A DNA stretch of 64,000 nt from Flavobacteriales bacterium (GCA_019694795.1 JAIBBF010000003.1:40837-104836), one strand, 5' to 3'; counted from the first letter of the stretch, positions 20,436 to 30,051 are shown. The notes: a model not told the origin generated them from the letters alone. A program made the numbers and translations.

Positions 20436-21572
20436 TTATTCCGGTTTTTTAGCGTTAAATCCGAATGAAAACCCGAAACGGAGTCCATCTCGTTGCGGAA
20501 CAATGTATGCGTTGAATGGGATATTTAATTTTCCGCTGCGGATGGACCGGCCAAAGGCAAAAACAAATCCAGAACTGAACATATAGTTACCGCGCGAATC
20601 CATTCGGGTTGTAATGCCATGAGGATTTAAAAGTGTAGAATCTCCCCAGGCCGATTCCAGTTGCCAACCTAAGTCAGGGTCGTAATATCCTCTTGCTTTT
20701 TTCATTAATCCGAGCGTGGGACCAAATGCAAATTCCCATCCTTTTTTGTTTCCTCTTAAACCGTGTAGAATGGTCATGCTGGGAATAAATAGGCCCTGAT
20801 CCAATCCGGTTACCATGGGAATGAATTCAAACAGCGCCTGAAAATTTCCTTCATTGAGATATTGTTTTTCGAATTGATATCCGAATTGGAACATCATAGG
20901 AAATCCGTCAAATCCACCATTGTCTTTAGAGGCTTTAAAGATCTCGGCATTGGTTCCGGTCAACATCGTAAATCCCATTCTCGGTCCATCAAGTGCAAGG
21001 CGGTCTTTTTTGGGTTCATTGATGGAATTGGCAAAAGCATTTTTTTTCGTGAGACTTTCTACCATTGTTTTATCGTTGTCGATGCCGAACATTTCATTAA
21101 GGGTAATGGTGACCATCGTTTTTAGTTCTTTTGGAAGAAATAAAAATTCTTTCACGTTAACTTTTTCAATGGTTTCCTTTTCTACATCAACCATACGGAT
21201 GGTTATTACCAGCATATCGGCAAAACCTTCAATAGAACCCGTCATCATCTTATCTGATCCAATCGCATTTCCTAATTCAACCAGACAAAGCTTTCCGTAG
21301 CAATTATCCACTTTCAGTTTTTTGCTTTCTGCAATGTATTTTACATCGTAAGGATCAGTGACGTCATAGATATTCAGTTTTTCAATTTCGCGTCGAAATA
21401 AATCTCCTGCCGTTTCCGGACTTAAGGTGATTCCTTTTACATCCACATTGAGTACAGTTAATTTTTCTCGCTCATTGTTTTGTGCGTTTAATACAGTTGT
21501 GTTTAGAATCAAAGCAACAACAGTAAGTGATTTTAAAATCGTTTTCATGTTATTAAGTATTTTGGTTTTCAT
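20436..21572 (-). CDS. Secreted protein of unknown function: N-terminal alpha/beta domain plus C-terminal beta-barrel-like domain
   Basis: Signal peptide ending NAQ. The N-terminal ~150 aa carry a Cys pair (CYGKLC). The C-terminal ~180 aa are Gly/aromatic-rich with an alternating pattern and end RFGFSFGFNAKKPE. Confidence 0.5.
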   Translation of the reverse strand: MKTKILNNMKTILKSLTVVALILNTTVLNAQNNEREKLTVLNVDVKGITLSPETAGDLFRREIEKLNIYDVTDPYDVKYIAESKKLKVDNCYGKLCLVELGNAIGSDKMMTGSIEGFADMLVITIRMVDVEKETIEKVNVKEFLFLPKELKTMVTITLNEMFGIDNDKTMVESLTKKNAFANSINEPKKDRLALDGPRMGFTMLTGTNAEIFKASKDNGGFDGFPMMFQFGYQFEKQYLNEGNFQALFEFIPMVTGLDQGLFIPSMTILHGLRGNKKGWEFAFGPTLGLMKKARGYYDPDLGWQLESAWGDSTLLNPHGITTRMDSRGNYMFSSGFVFAFGRSIRSGKLNIPFNAYIVPQRDGLRFGFSFGFNAKKPE

Positions 21573-21703
21573 GCAGCAAACCTAAAACGATGTGCTTAAC
21601 CGGGAAAGTTCAAATTTTGTAAAAACGGTTTTTTTATTTGTTAAATATTTTTATTAAATTGCAGAAATACAATTATTTAAGTGTTTTATAATGGTCTTAA
21701 AAA

Positions 21704-23212
21704 ATGGATAATATTCGTGAAATTATTCTGGGTTTTTCTGAGTCGGACAGAAAAGAATTACGGCTTTTTTTGATGAGGAAGCGCCTGGATTCAACACGAA
21801 AAGATGTGGAGTTATTTGATGAATTGAGCAGAGAAGAGCTTCGCGAAAAAAAAATGGATAAATTGGTTGGAACTGTTTCATTCCATTCGAACCGTAAACG
21901 GATTATGCGTGGTATTGCAGAATTTATTGCGGTTAAGCAATTGACGGATATTGCCGGAATAAATGGGAATTTGTTTGTGAATTTAAGTTTGTCACGTTTT
22001 TTATTCGAAAAAAAATTCTTTGATACCGCCTGGAAATATGTTTTAAAAACAGAGAAACATGCATTGGAGGCCGAGGAATTCGATTTTTTGATTTCCGTTT
22101 ATAGCTTAATGATGGAATATTCGCACACTTCCGATGTGTATACATTAGAAGAGTTGATATCGCGGCAAAATATTAGTAAGCGTCTTGCTGATGAGGAAAA
22201 CAGAATGGTGCAGGCCATGGCGTTTATTCGGCGCAAAACGGAAGAAATAAAACGAAGCGGAGAAATTGAAGGATTCTCTTCCTACGTGGAATCGATTCTG
22301 GAGGAGTTTGAACTGGATCAGGCTATGTTGTCGCGCCCTTCATTGATTTATCGTTTGGTTGAAATTGTTCGTGCAACCTATCTTACTACCCGAAATCTCA
22401 CCAATTTTGAGGGTTTATTATTAGAGCAGTTTGAACATTTTGAAAAAGTGTCGAATGAAGGGAAGCATCATACCTTTTACCGGATGAGCTTTTTATATAT
22501 GATTGCTCATATGTATTACCACAACCGTAAATTTTCTGAATGTTCGCACTACCTGGAAATACTTGGATCATTATTAAATTCCAACGACGACAAATACAAA
22601 CAACAATTTTTAGCGAGATACCTGTCGCTCAAATGTACATTGCTGAGTTATTCAGGATCCAACGAAATGGCGATTTCTGAAATGAATAAATTTTTAGATG
22701 ATAAAAAAATTAAATGGGTTTCATCTGATTTGTTCAATTTGCAATTGAATCTTTCGTTTTATTATTTTATTCAAAAAGATTTTAAAAAAGCGAACCGGAT
22801 TTTTATTCAATGGGGAATTCATAGTGATTCCTACTATGAAAAACGGATGGGGCAGGAATGGATTTTGCGTGCAAAAATGATTCGGTCGATTATTCAGTAC
22901 GAACTTGGCAAAGATGATCTGGCACTTGCCGGTATTCGTCAGATTGAAAAGGACCATGCCCTGTTATTGGAACAAGCACAGTACCTCAAAGCAAAAAATT
23001 TCCTTAAAATTCTATACCGGTATATGTCCGACCCTTACGCACTTAATTTTTCAGAATTTCATAGTCAGGCATTAAAAGAATTGTTTGTATTGCCTGCTGG
23101 TACCGAAGAATCGAAAGCTATTGCGTTCTATTGTTATTTGAAATCAAAATTACTTCATCGCGATTATTATGAAGTGCTGCTGGAAGAAGTGTTGACTAAA
23201 CGGGATGATTAA
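21704..23212 (+). CDS. Cytoplasmic all-helical (TPR-like) protein of unknown function
   Basis: 502 aa with no signal peptide or TM segment. Composition is helix-repeat-like. No catalytic motif recognised. Confidence 0.45.
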   Translation: MDNIREIILGFSESDRKELRLFLMRKRLDSTRKDVELFDELSREELREKKMDKLVGTVSFHSNRKRIMRGIAEFIAVKQLTDIAGINGNLFVNLSLSRFLFEKKFFDTAWKYVLKTEKHALEAEEFDFLISVYSLMMEYSHTSDVYTLEELISRQNISKRLADEENRMVQAMAFIRRKTEEIKRSGEIEGFSSYVESILEEFELDQAMLSRPSLIYRLVEIVRATYLTTRNLTNFEGLLLEQFEHFEKVSNEGKHHTFYRMSFLYMIAHMYYHNRKFSECSHYLEILGSLLNSNDDKYKQQFLARYLSLKCTLLSYSGSNEMAISEMNKFLDDKKIKWVSSDLFNLQLNLSFYYFIQKDFKKANRIFIQWGIHSDSYYEKRMGQEWILRAKMIRSIIQYELGKDDLALAGIRQIEKDHALLLEQAQYLKAKNFLKILYRYMSDPYALNFSEFHSQALKELFVLPAGTEESKAIAFYCYLKSKLLHRDYYEVLLEEVLTKRDD

Positions 23213-24306
23213 TTCTTCTTTATCTCCTGTGCTTTTTTTGCATAGAATCCATTCTGTTGAATGATTTCCTCTAATAATGCATTTGCCTCTGCTTTATTTC
23301 CGGATTTCATTAAACTCAATGCCTTGTACCATTCTGCTTCTTCAGAAAATGTAGAAAAGGAGTGATTGATACAACGGTTAAAATTGGTGATGGCTTTGTC
23401 GAATTTCCCTAAGTTGTAATAGCATAATCCGCCATAAAAGGATGCATTTAAATCTTCCGGATATTGTTGCAGAATTAAAGTAAAGTTTTTTAAGGCCGAC
23501 TTATACCGGTTATTGGAAAATTCTTCCATGGTTTCTTTCAGAAATTTCTCATAAGGAATAAGAACAGTGCGTGTTTCGGGTTCGTTATTTCTTGGTGTTG
23601 TGTTATCACCCACATTGGCCGGTGTTCCTGTGAGTAAAATCTCCGTCTTTTTAATATCACTGGTATATAAATCGCTGTAATCAATCACTTTTAAGTCGTG
23701 CATAAACGTGAATTTCACATTGGAGTGCGCGACTTTTTCTTCCGGATCAGGTGAGAGGTCCACCACCTTTTTTTCTTCAACTTTATTGATGGAAATATTG
23801 TCGTTATCTGTAATCTCTACTGGAGTTGGAATGGTTTGTGGTTGATCTTTTAATGTTTTTTGATACGTGATTTGCTCCTTTTCTTCAATCGGTTCAGTAG
23901 CTTCAATTTCCTTTATTTCATTTTCAATTTTTTCTACCTGTTGGGTTTTTTCAGGGCTTTCTTTTACGGCAAGTAACTCAGGTTGCTTTTGCTCTTTGTT
24001 TTGTAAAAGGTACACAATACCCGTAATGGCTACTACTGAAATGATGGCTGTTATTCCAAAGTAAATTTTATAGTAATTCACTGTTCCGCCTTTTCCGGAA
24101 AGAAAATCGGGTTTTGCAGGAACATTTTTCAGTAATGCGGGATTCTTCGAGTAAATTTCAATGGCTTCCATGTTCATTTCATTGGACGCAATTTTTTTCT
24201 CAACCGCTTTTAACGATTCTCCCTTTAGTTTACCTGAAAGGTAATCGCTGATCTCTTGTTGACTAAGAGAACCCTGATCTTTTAATATGTCAGAAGTTCG
24301 TTTCAT
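23209..24306 (-). CDS. Putative anti-sigma factor: single TM, periplasmic TPR domain
   Basis: Overlaps the stop of the ECF sigma gene by 17 nt. One TM helix (IYFGITAIISVVAITGIVYLL), a Glu/Lys-rich linker, and C-terminal TPR repeats. Confidence 0.6.
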   Translation of the reverse strand: MKRTSDILKDQGSLSQQEISDYLSGKLKGESLKAVEKKIASNEMNMEAIEIYSKNPALLKNVPAKPDFLSGKGGTVNYYKIYFGITAIISVVAITGIVYLLQNKEQKQPELLAVKESPEKTQQVEKIENEIKEIEATEPIEEKEQITYQKTLKDQPQTIPTPVEITDNDNISINKVEEKKVVDLSPDPEEKVAHSNVKFTFMHDLKVIDYSDLYTSDIKKTEILLTGTPANVGDNTTPRNNEPETRTVLIPYEKFLKETMEEFSNNRYKSALKNFTLILQQYPEDLNASFYGGLCYYNLGKFDKAITNFNRCINHSFSTFSEEAEWYKALSLMKSGNKAEANALLEEIIQQNGFYAKKAQEIKKN

Positions 24307-24865
24307 GGCTTTTGCTCAATAGAATCTTCAGGTTTCGTTTCCCGTTTTGTATGTGACTTTTCACTTTGTTCAAATCGAATCCGGTGATGTCTGCAACTTC
24401 CTGGTAGGACTTATCCTGAAGATAGAATAATTCAATACATGTTTTTTGTTCGGGATTGAGTTGGTTTATTGCATCCGGAAGTTGATTCAAAAGGTCCTCG
24501 GTCAGTTGAATTTCTTCCTGCTGTTCTTCCAATAAATGTTCTAACTCATCAATGTCTTTTTCTTTTCCTTGATTATTGCTTTTTCGTAAAAGCATTAAAC
24601 AGTGATTTCGTGCAACGGAGTGTAACCATGATTTGAAATTTTCGATGGAATGTAATTTAAGATCATGCATTAATTTTTCGAAAATATTCAAAACGGCATC
24701 TCTGCTTTCTTCAGTGTTTTTTAAATATTTCATACAAACCGCAAACACTAAATGAGCGTGTCTCTCGTAGAGCACACCCACTAGTGATGGATCACCGACA
24801 GAGGAATATTTTTTTACGATTTCCTCATCGCTTTCACCTGTGATTTGTTTTTTTCTGAAGAACAT
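24290..24865 (-). CDS. ECF-type RNA polymerase sigma-70 family factor
   Basis: 191 aa. Region 2 (AVLNIFEKLMHD...FKSWLHSVARNHCLMLLRK) and region 4 HTH (SYQEVADITGFDLNKVKSHIQNGKRNL). Confidence 0.85.
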   Translation of the reverse strand: MFFRKKQITGESDEEIVKKYSSVGDPSLVGVLYERHAHLVFAVCMKYLKNTEESRDAVLNIFEKLMHDLKLHSIENFKSWLHSVARNHCLMLLRKSNNQGKEKDIDELEHLLEEQQEEIQLTEDLLNQLPDAINQLNPEQKTCIELFYLQDKSYQEVADITGFDLNKVKSHIQNGKRNLKILLSKSHETNF

Positions 24866-24915
24866 GCTGCAATATATGCAATTATCACTCTTCTGTTTCT
24901 CCTTCCGAAGGAGGA

Positions 24916-25650
24916 TTATTGTTGGTTAGCTTCTCTCCAGAGGTCGAAGTAACTCTTGGTTTCAACCATAATCACCCCACTGGTTACATCACCATATTTG
25001 GCTGGAACGCCTCCGGTATAAATGGTCAGACTTCCAATAGCAACTCCAGGCAAATGAATATTTCCGCTTGTCACTTTTACACCATCAATGAAATATATAC
25101 TGGCATCTGATCGTGATCCACGCACATAGGCATCACCGGATTCGGTGACCATAATTCCGCCCGACATGGATGCAGAAAGTTTCTTGAGGTCGCGTAGATT
25201 CGGATTGTTTTTAATTTGCTTGTAATCGACAGTTTGAACGGATGTTTCTTCGGGATTGATTAAGGGGTTTTTATAATCAATTACAACAACGTCATCCAAC
25301 ATCTCATTGCTTAGAAATATATCAGGAAGCATGGTGGTTTGATTGGGATTAACCCTGATTTCTATAATTTTTTTCATCCCGGTGTAGGAGATAGTAAGAC
25401 TATATGAGCCGGGATCTAGCGGTTTAAGTGTAAATCGTCCGTCTAAATCTGTAGTTGTACCGATCATTTGGTCGCCTACCATCACAAACACATTAGCATT
25501 CGGTAGGGTTTCTTTGGTTAAACTATCAATCACCTGTCCTTTTACTGCACCATGGTTTTGTGCATTTAAATTTTGTTGTACAATCATCACCATCCCGATG
25601 ATGAATGTTACGATGTGGATTTTTGTTTTCATGATCTTTTGTTTCTTCAT
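24916..25650 (-). CDS. CarboxypepD_reg-like domain plus TonB-dependent-receptor plug domain, no beta-barrel
   Basis: Signal peptide. GAVKGQVIDSLTKETLPNANV...DGRFTL matches the CarboxypepD_reg pattern. YVRGSRSDASIYFIDGVKV ... IYTGGVPAKYGDVTSGVIMVETKS matches the plug pattern. The protein stops after 244 aa. Confidence 0.7.
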   Translation of the reverse strand: MKKQKIMKTKIHIVTFIIGMVMIVQQNLNAQNHGAVKGQVIDSLTKETLPNANVFVMVGDQMIGTTTDLDGRFTLKPLDPGSYSLTISYTGMKKIIEIRVNPNQTTMLPDIFLSNEMLDDVVVIDYKNPLINPEETSVQTVDYKQIKNNPNLRDLKKLSASMSGGIMVTESGDAYVRGSRSDASIYFIDGVKVTSGNIHLPGVAIGSLTIYTGGVPAKYGDVTSGVIMVETKSYFDLWREANQQ

Positions 25651-25660
25651 GGATGCACAA

Positions 25661-25693
25661 AAACAAAAAAATCCATACGGAATGTATGGATTT
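25661..25693 (-). terminator. Intrinsic terminator after the Nfu gene
   Basis: On the minus strand: 10-bp stem aaatccatac/gtatggattt with a 5-nt loop, followed by a T-run. It ends about 10 nt before the next gene's start codon. Confidence 0.65.
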
Positions 25694-25730
25694 AAATAAA
25701 AAATACTGTAAATCAGTGTCTTATAAAGGT

Positions 25731-26354
25731 TTAATCTTCTGCGGCTACGACTTCTTTAACTTCAGGGAGCATCGATTTCATTAATTGTTCAACTCCGTTT
25801 TTTAGCGTGACCATCGAACTAGGACACCCACTGCATGATCCGCGCAAAACCAAATGCACTGTTCCTTCATCGAAACTTTTAAAGTGAATGGCACCTCCGT
25901 CGTTTTCTACTGCGGGACGAACATATTCATCGAGAATAGAAATGATTTTAGAATCTAATTCTGAGCTGGGTTGTGCATGAGATGCTTGTCCTAACATCGA
26001 GAATTTTTTTACTTCTCCTTCTCCTTTTTTGGGTTCCGGAAATTTAGTTACTGCAAGTACATTTTTTCTGAGGTAGTCAAGAATAAATTCTCTCAACTCC
26101 ATCGTAATAAAATCCCATGCGATGCTGTCATTTTTGGTTACCGTTACAAAATTGGTGGTGATAAATACGCTTTTTACAAATGGAAATTTAAATAACTCTT
26201 CTGCAAGTGGGGATGAATTTTTTGCTTCTTCTGCACTGCTGTATTCTGCAACACCATCAATTTGAACAATGGGTCGGTCGGCCACAAACTTCATGGTTGC
26301 GGGATTGGGAGTCATTTCCGCGTAAACATTAGTGATCTTGATATTCTCTTCCAT
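25731..26354 (-). CDS. NifU/Nfu family Fe-S cluster scaffold protein
   Basis: Nfu_N-like N-terminal half and a C-terminal NifU domain with the GSCSGCPSS (CxxC) motif. Confidence 0.85.
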   Translation of the reverse strand: MEENIKITNVYAEMTPNPATMKFVADRPIVQIDGVAEYSSAEEAKNSSPLAEELFKFPFVKSVFITTNFVTVTKNDSIAWDFITMELREFILDYLRKNVLAVTKFPEPKKGEGEVKKFSMLGQASHAQPSSELDSKIISILDEYVRPAVENDGGAIHFKSFDEGTVHLVLRGSCSGCPSSMVTLKNGVEQLMKSMLPEVKEVVAAED

Positions 26355-26439
26355 GGCACAAAATTAAGCAATTATAAAGCTGAAAAACAGGATTACAAGT
26401 TAAACTGCTTTTTGTTTTGAAATTGGTCTTTTTTTTCGT

Positions 26440-26447
26440 TAATTTTG
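26440..26447 (+). promoter_or_regulatory. Candidate -7 promoter box (TAATTTTG)
   Basis: Perfect TAnnTTTG match ending only 4 nt before ATG 26452, which implies a leaderless or near-leaderless mRNA. Confidence 0.35.
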
Positions 26448-26451
26448 TACT

Positions 26452-26898
26452 ATGAAAACAAAGGCAAATCTGTTTAAACACTTCACCCTCTGGGTGATGT
26501 TGCCCTTGTTTGTATTCATGAATACGGGTTTTAGCCTTTATAGGCACGATTGCCGCATGAGTGGTTCTTCCTTTTCATTTTTTCAGGCAGAAGATGGATG
26601 TTGTGTAAAAAAGGTGAAGGCAGAGAAAAAATGCTGCGCGGTTAAAAACAAAACAAAGCTTGCCAAAAAGAAAAAATCCTGTTGCTCTCAGGAACTGATT
26701 ACAGCTCAATACCGCTTTGAAGCAACAAATCATTCAAAATCTTCAATCCAATTATTCCCTACCGCAATAGTATTAAGCGAATCTGTTTTTTCATTTGATC
26801 TGTTTTGGGACAGTCAACTTGAACAGTTTTGCGACAGCTCACCTCCTGGTTATACAGGGAGAGAAATTCTACTCAAAAAACGACAGCTTATAATTTGA
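26452..26898 (+). CDS. Small Cys-rich membrane-anchored protein (resembles the HYC_CC_PP family)
   Basis: 148 aa. N-terminal TM followed by YRHDC, then CC...CC...KKKKSCC and a C-terminal SSPPGY. The motif order H-x-C / CC / PP is what I recall for this family. Not searched. Confidence 0.5.
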   Translation: MKTKANLFKHFTLWVMLPLFVFMNTGFSLYRHDCRMSGSSFSFFQAEDGCCVKKVKAEKKCCAVKNKTKLAKKKKSCCSQELITAQYRFEATNHSKSSIQLFPTAIVLSESVFSFDLFWDSQLEQFCDSSPPGYTGREILLKKRQLII

Positions 26899-26951
26899 AT
26901 TTGTTCTGACAGGCAAAGCCTGGTTTTTGTTTAACATCAAAATCTCAGAAC

Positions 26952-29174
26952 ATGAAATTTATTTTTTCAGGAGTATTATTGCTTCTCCTGACCCATTTTT
27001 CATTTGGACAGAAAATTGAGGGTACTGTATATGGAATAAATAGTTCCGGTAATAAAGAAGTATTACCTGGAGTGAACATTTATTTTGTTCCCGGAAATGT
27101 GGGGACTGTTTCAGACTCACAAGGAAAATTTTCTATATCCAATCCCACAGCTGAACCCGTTAACATCGTTTTCAGTTTTATTGGTTATGCGAATGATACA
27201 CTGCTGATTTCTGCTTCAGATACCACACTCGAAGTGATATTGAAAGAATCAAGGATATTGGATGAGGTCTCCATTGAAGTAACGCAATCGACCACTCAAA
27301 TTTCTATGCTTAAGCCGGTGAATGTAGAAGTAATTGGCCAGGGAGAAATTAAAAAAGCAGCATGCTGTAATTTATCGGAGAGTTTCGAATCGAATGCTTC
27401 AGTAGATGTAGTTTATGGGGATGCAGTTTCAGGAGCACGCGCTATTCAAATGCTTGGCCTAAGTGGAGTGTACACGCAATTGCAAATTGAAAATGTTCCG
27501 ATGTTGCGTGGACTTTCAGCCAATTTCGGTTTGCAATATATTCCCGGAACATGGCTGGAATCGATTCAAATTACTAAAGGAGTCGGAAGTGTAGTGAATG
27601 GATATGAATCGATGAGTGGACAAATCAATGTTGAATTTCTAAAGCCGGAAAACAAAAAATCGGACCGCTTATTTATCAATGCGTATAGCAATCACATTGG
27701 TCGCAATGAACTTAACTTTCACTTTAATCACAAGGTGAATGAAAAGGTAAGCACATTGTTATTTGCACATGGTAGTGGATATTTTCTGGAAAATGATATC
27801 AATAAAGATGGATTTCGCGATAATCCCTTAAGTAAACAAGTCAATATTCTGAACCGTTGGAAAATTCAAGGAAAAAAAACGGAACAGATTTTTATGATTC
27901 ACGGAGTGAGTGAAAATAAAATAGGTGGTCAAACCGGTTTTGATCCGACCTCTGATAAGTTTACATTTAATAAATATGGCGTTGGAATAAATACCCGATT
28001 GATTGAAGGGATGTTTAAAAACGGATTTTTGTTTCCTTCCTCTTCTACGAGAAGTATGGGACTAATTGTAAATGGCAGGCATCACGAACAGGACTCATAT
28101 TTTGGTTTCAGAAGTTACGATGGAATTCAAAATTCATTGTATGGTAATCTCATTTTTCAGGATGTGATTGGCAATACGATGCACAACTATAAAGTTGGTG
28201 CAAGTTATTTACTGGATCACTATAATGAACGTTACCGCGATTCTGTTTTTTCAAGTCTTGAAAGCGTGCCCGGTTTGTTTGGTGAATACACCTATACCTA
28301 TCCTGAGACATTTAATTTATTGTTGGGTATACGTTCCGATTTTCATTCCATATATGGACCGAAATTTACTCCACGTGTTCATCTTCGGTATTCTCCCTAT
28401 GAATGGATCACTTTCCGGGCATCCGGCGGAACTGGATTTAGAACACCGCATATTTTTATTGAGAACATGTCCACCCTCGCCAGTCAACGTAATGTCATTA
28501 TCTCCGGACCATTATTACCTGAAGAAAGCAGAAATGCAGGTGCCAGTGTTACGCTTAAAACCACTTTGTTTAAACGTGATTTAAGCGTTAATGTTGATTT
28601 TTATTATACCTATTTTAAAAATCAAATCATTACTGACCTGGATGAAGATCCGCATTCTGTTCATTTTTACAATTTAAATGGACAAAGTTTTTCTAAGAGT
28701 TCGCAATTGGATGTTGACTACTCGCCATTTAAAGGTCTAACATTAAAACTAGCCTATAAACATTACGATATCAAAGCAACCTATCATGATACGCTAATGG
28801 AAAAACCAATGGTGCCTCGTGATCGCTATATGGCAAATGTTAGCTATCAAACTCCCTCTAAAAAATGGCGATTCGATTTAATCAGTAATTATTTTTCTTC
28901 TTCTCGTTTACCTAACACCATGGGTTTGCCGGATGATATTCGCTTTAAACAGCGTTCCGAGCCTTATTATATTATTCACTTTCAAATTACGAAACTATTC
29001 CGAAAGTTTGAATGGTATCTTGGTGGAGAGAATCTATTAAATTTTACACAAAAACAAGCGATCATGTCGCCCGATGATCCATTTGGTTCGCATTTTGATG
29101 CCAGTATGATATGGGGACCATTAAACGGACGAATCTTTTACACTGGTATACGTATAAATATTAAACACAAGTAA
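26952..29174 (+). CDS. TonB-dependent receptor with N-terminal CarboxypepD_reg domain
   Basis: 740 aa. Signal peptide, CarboxypepD_reg pattern (IEGTVYG...LPGVNIY...DSQGKFS), plug domain and beta-barrel, ending in an aromatic-rich C-terminus (FYTGIRINIKHK). Confidence 0.85.
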   Translation: MKFIFSGVLLLLLTHFSFGQKIEGTVYGINSSGNKEVLPGVNIYFVPGNVGTVSDSQGKFSISNPTAEPVNIVFSFIGYANDTLLISASDTTLEVILKESRILDEVSIEVTQSTTQISMLKPVNVEVIGQGEIKKAACCNLSESFESNASVDVVYGDAVSGARAIQMLGLSGVYTQLQIENVPMLRGLSANFGLQYIPGTWLESIQITKGVGSVVNGYESMSGQINVEFLKPENKKSDRLFINAYSNHIGRNELNFHFNHKVNEKVSTLLFAHGSGYFLENDINKDGFRDNPLSKQVNILNRWKIQGKKTEQIFMIHGVSENKIGGQTGFDPTSDKFTFNKYGVGINTRLIEGMFKNGFLFPSSSTRSMGLIVNGRHHEQDSYFGFRSYDGIQNSLYGNLIFQDVIGNTMHNYKVGASYLLDHYNERYRDSVFSSLESVPGLFGEYTYTYPETFNLLLGIRSDFHSIYGPKFTPRVHLRYSPYEWITFRASGGTGFRTPHIFIENMSTLASQRNVIISGPLLPEESRNAGASVTLKTTLFKRDLSVNVDFYYTYFKNQIITDLDEDPHSVHFYNLNGQSFSKSSQLDVDYSPFKGLTLKLAYKHYDIKATYHDTLMEKPMVPRDRYMANVSYQTPSKKWRFDLISNYFSSSRLPNTMGLPDDIRFKQRSEPYYIIHFQITKLFRKFEWYLGGENLLNFTQKQAIMSPDDPFGSHFDASMIWGPLNGRIFYTGIRINIKHK

Positions 29175-29185
29175 AAAAGACAATT

Positions 29186-29536
29186 ATGAAAACAATTTTG
29201 AAAAGCACATTCATATTATTTTTCCTTCTTACAAGCAGTATTTTATTGGCCCAAAAGAAAACGGAAACTATTGTTATAAAAACATCGGTGGTTTGCGACA
29301 TGTGCAAGGAGCGTATAGAGAAAAACCTTATTTTTGAGAAAGGGGTTAAGGAAGTAGTGGTGGATATATCAGCAAAAACGATTACCGTTAAATTTAAGTC
29401 TGATAAAACCAATGCCGACTCCATTAAACATGCAATTGTAAAACTGGGATATCGTGCAGACGATCTACCTGCTGATCCGGAAGCTTTTAAAAAGTTGCCG
29501 GATTGTTGTAAAAAAGACGGTTGCGGAAAAGATTAA
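29186..29536 (+). CDS. Exported heavy-metal-associated (HMA) domain protein
   Basis: Signal peptide. Ferredoxin-like HMA core with CDMCKERIEK (CxxC) and a Cys-rich tail PDCCKKDGCGKD. Confidence 0.8.
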   Translation: MKTILKSTFILFFLLTSSILLAQKKTETIVIKTSVVCDMCKERIEKNLIFEKGVKEVVVDISAKTITVKFKSDKTNADSIKHAIVKLGYRADDLPADPEAFKKLPDCCKKDGCGKD

Positions 29537-29538
29537 TT

Positions 29539-30051
29539 ATGGCAATTATAAAAGAAGTTCAAGGAAAAAAACCACAATTTGGTGAGGAATGCTTTATCGC
29601 TGAAAATGCGACCATTGTTGGCGATTTACAGTGTGGTGATCAATGCAGCTTTTGGTTTAACGCGGTGGTCAGAGCGGATGTTCACTATATTAAAATGGGA
29701 AACAAAGTGAATGTACAGGATGGCGCCTGCATCCATTGTACGTATCAGAAAGCGCCGACCAATATTGGGAACAATGTTTCTATCGGACATCATGCCATCG
29801 TGCATGGATGTACCATTCACGACAATGTTTTAATTGGAATGGGAGCAATTGTTATGGATGGATGTGTGATTGAGTCCAACTCAATTATTGCAGCGGGTTC
29901 TGTTGTATTAGAAGGTACCCATGTAGAAAGCGGAAGTGTATACGCGGGCATTCCGGCCAAAAAGGTAAAAGAGGTGAATAAAGAATTATTTGAAGGAGAA
30001 ATTCAACGGATTTCTAATAACTATGTGATGTATTCGTCCTGGTTTAAATAG
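29539..30051 (+). CDS. Gamma-class carbonic anhydrase-like hexapeptide-repeat protein
   Basis: Start chosen at ATG 29539 (MAIIKEVQGKKPQFG). Left-handed beta-helix repeats and His ligands in the YrdA/PaaY-like arrangement. Confidence 0.8.
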   Translation: MAIIKEVQGKKPQFGEECFIAENATIVGDLQCGDQCSFWFNAVVRADVHYIKMGNKVNVQDGACIHCTYQKAPTNIGNNVSIGHHAIVHGCTIHDNVLIGMGAIVMDGCVIESNSIIAAGSVVLEGTHVESGSVYAGIPAKKVKEVNKELFEGEIQRISNNYVMYSSWFK

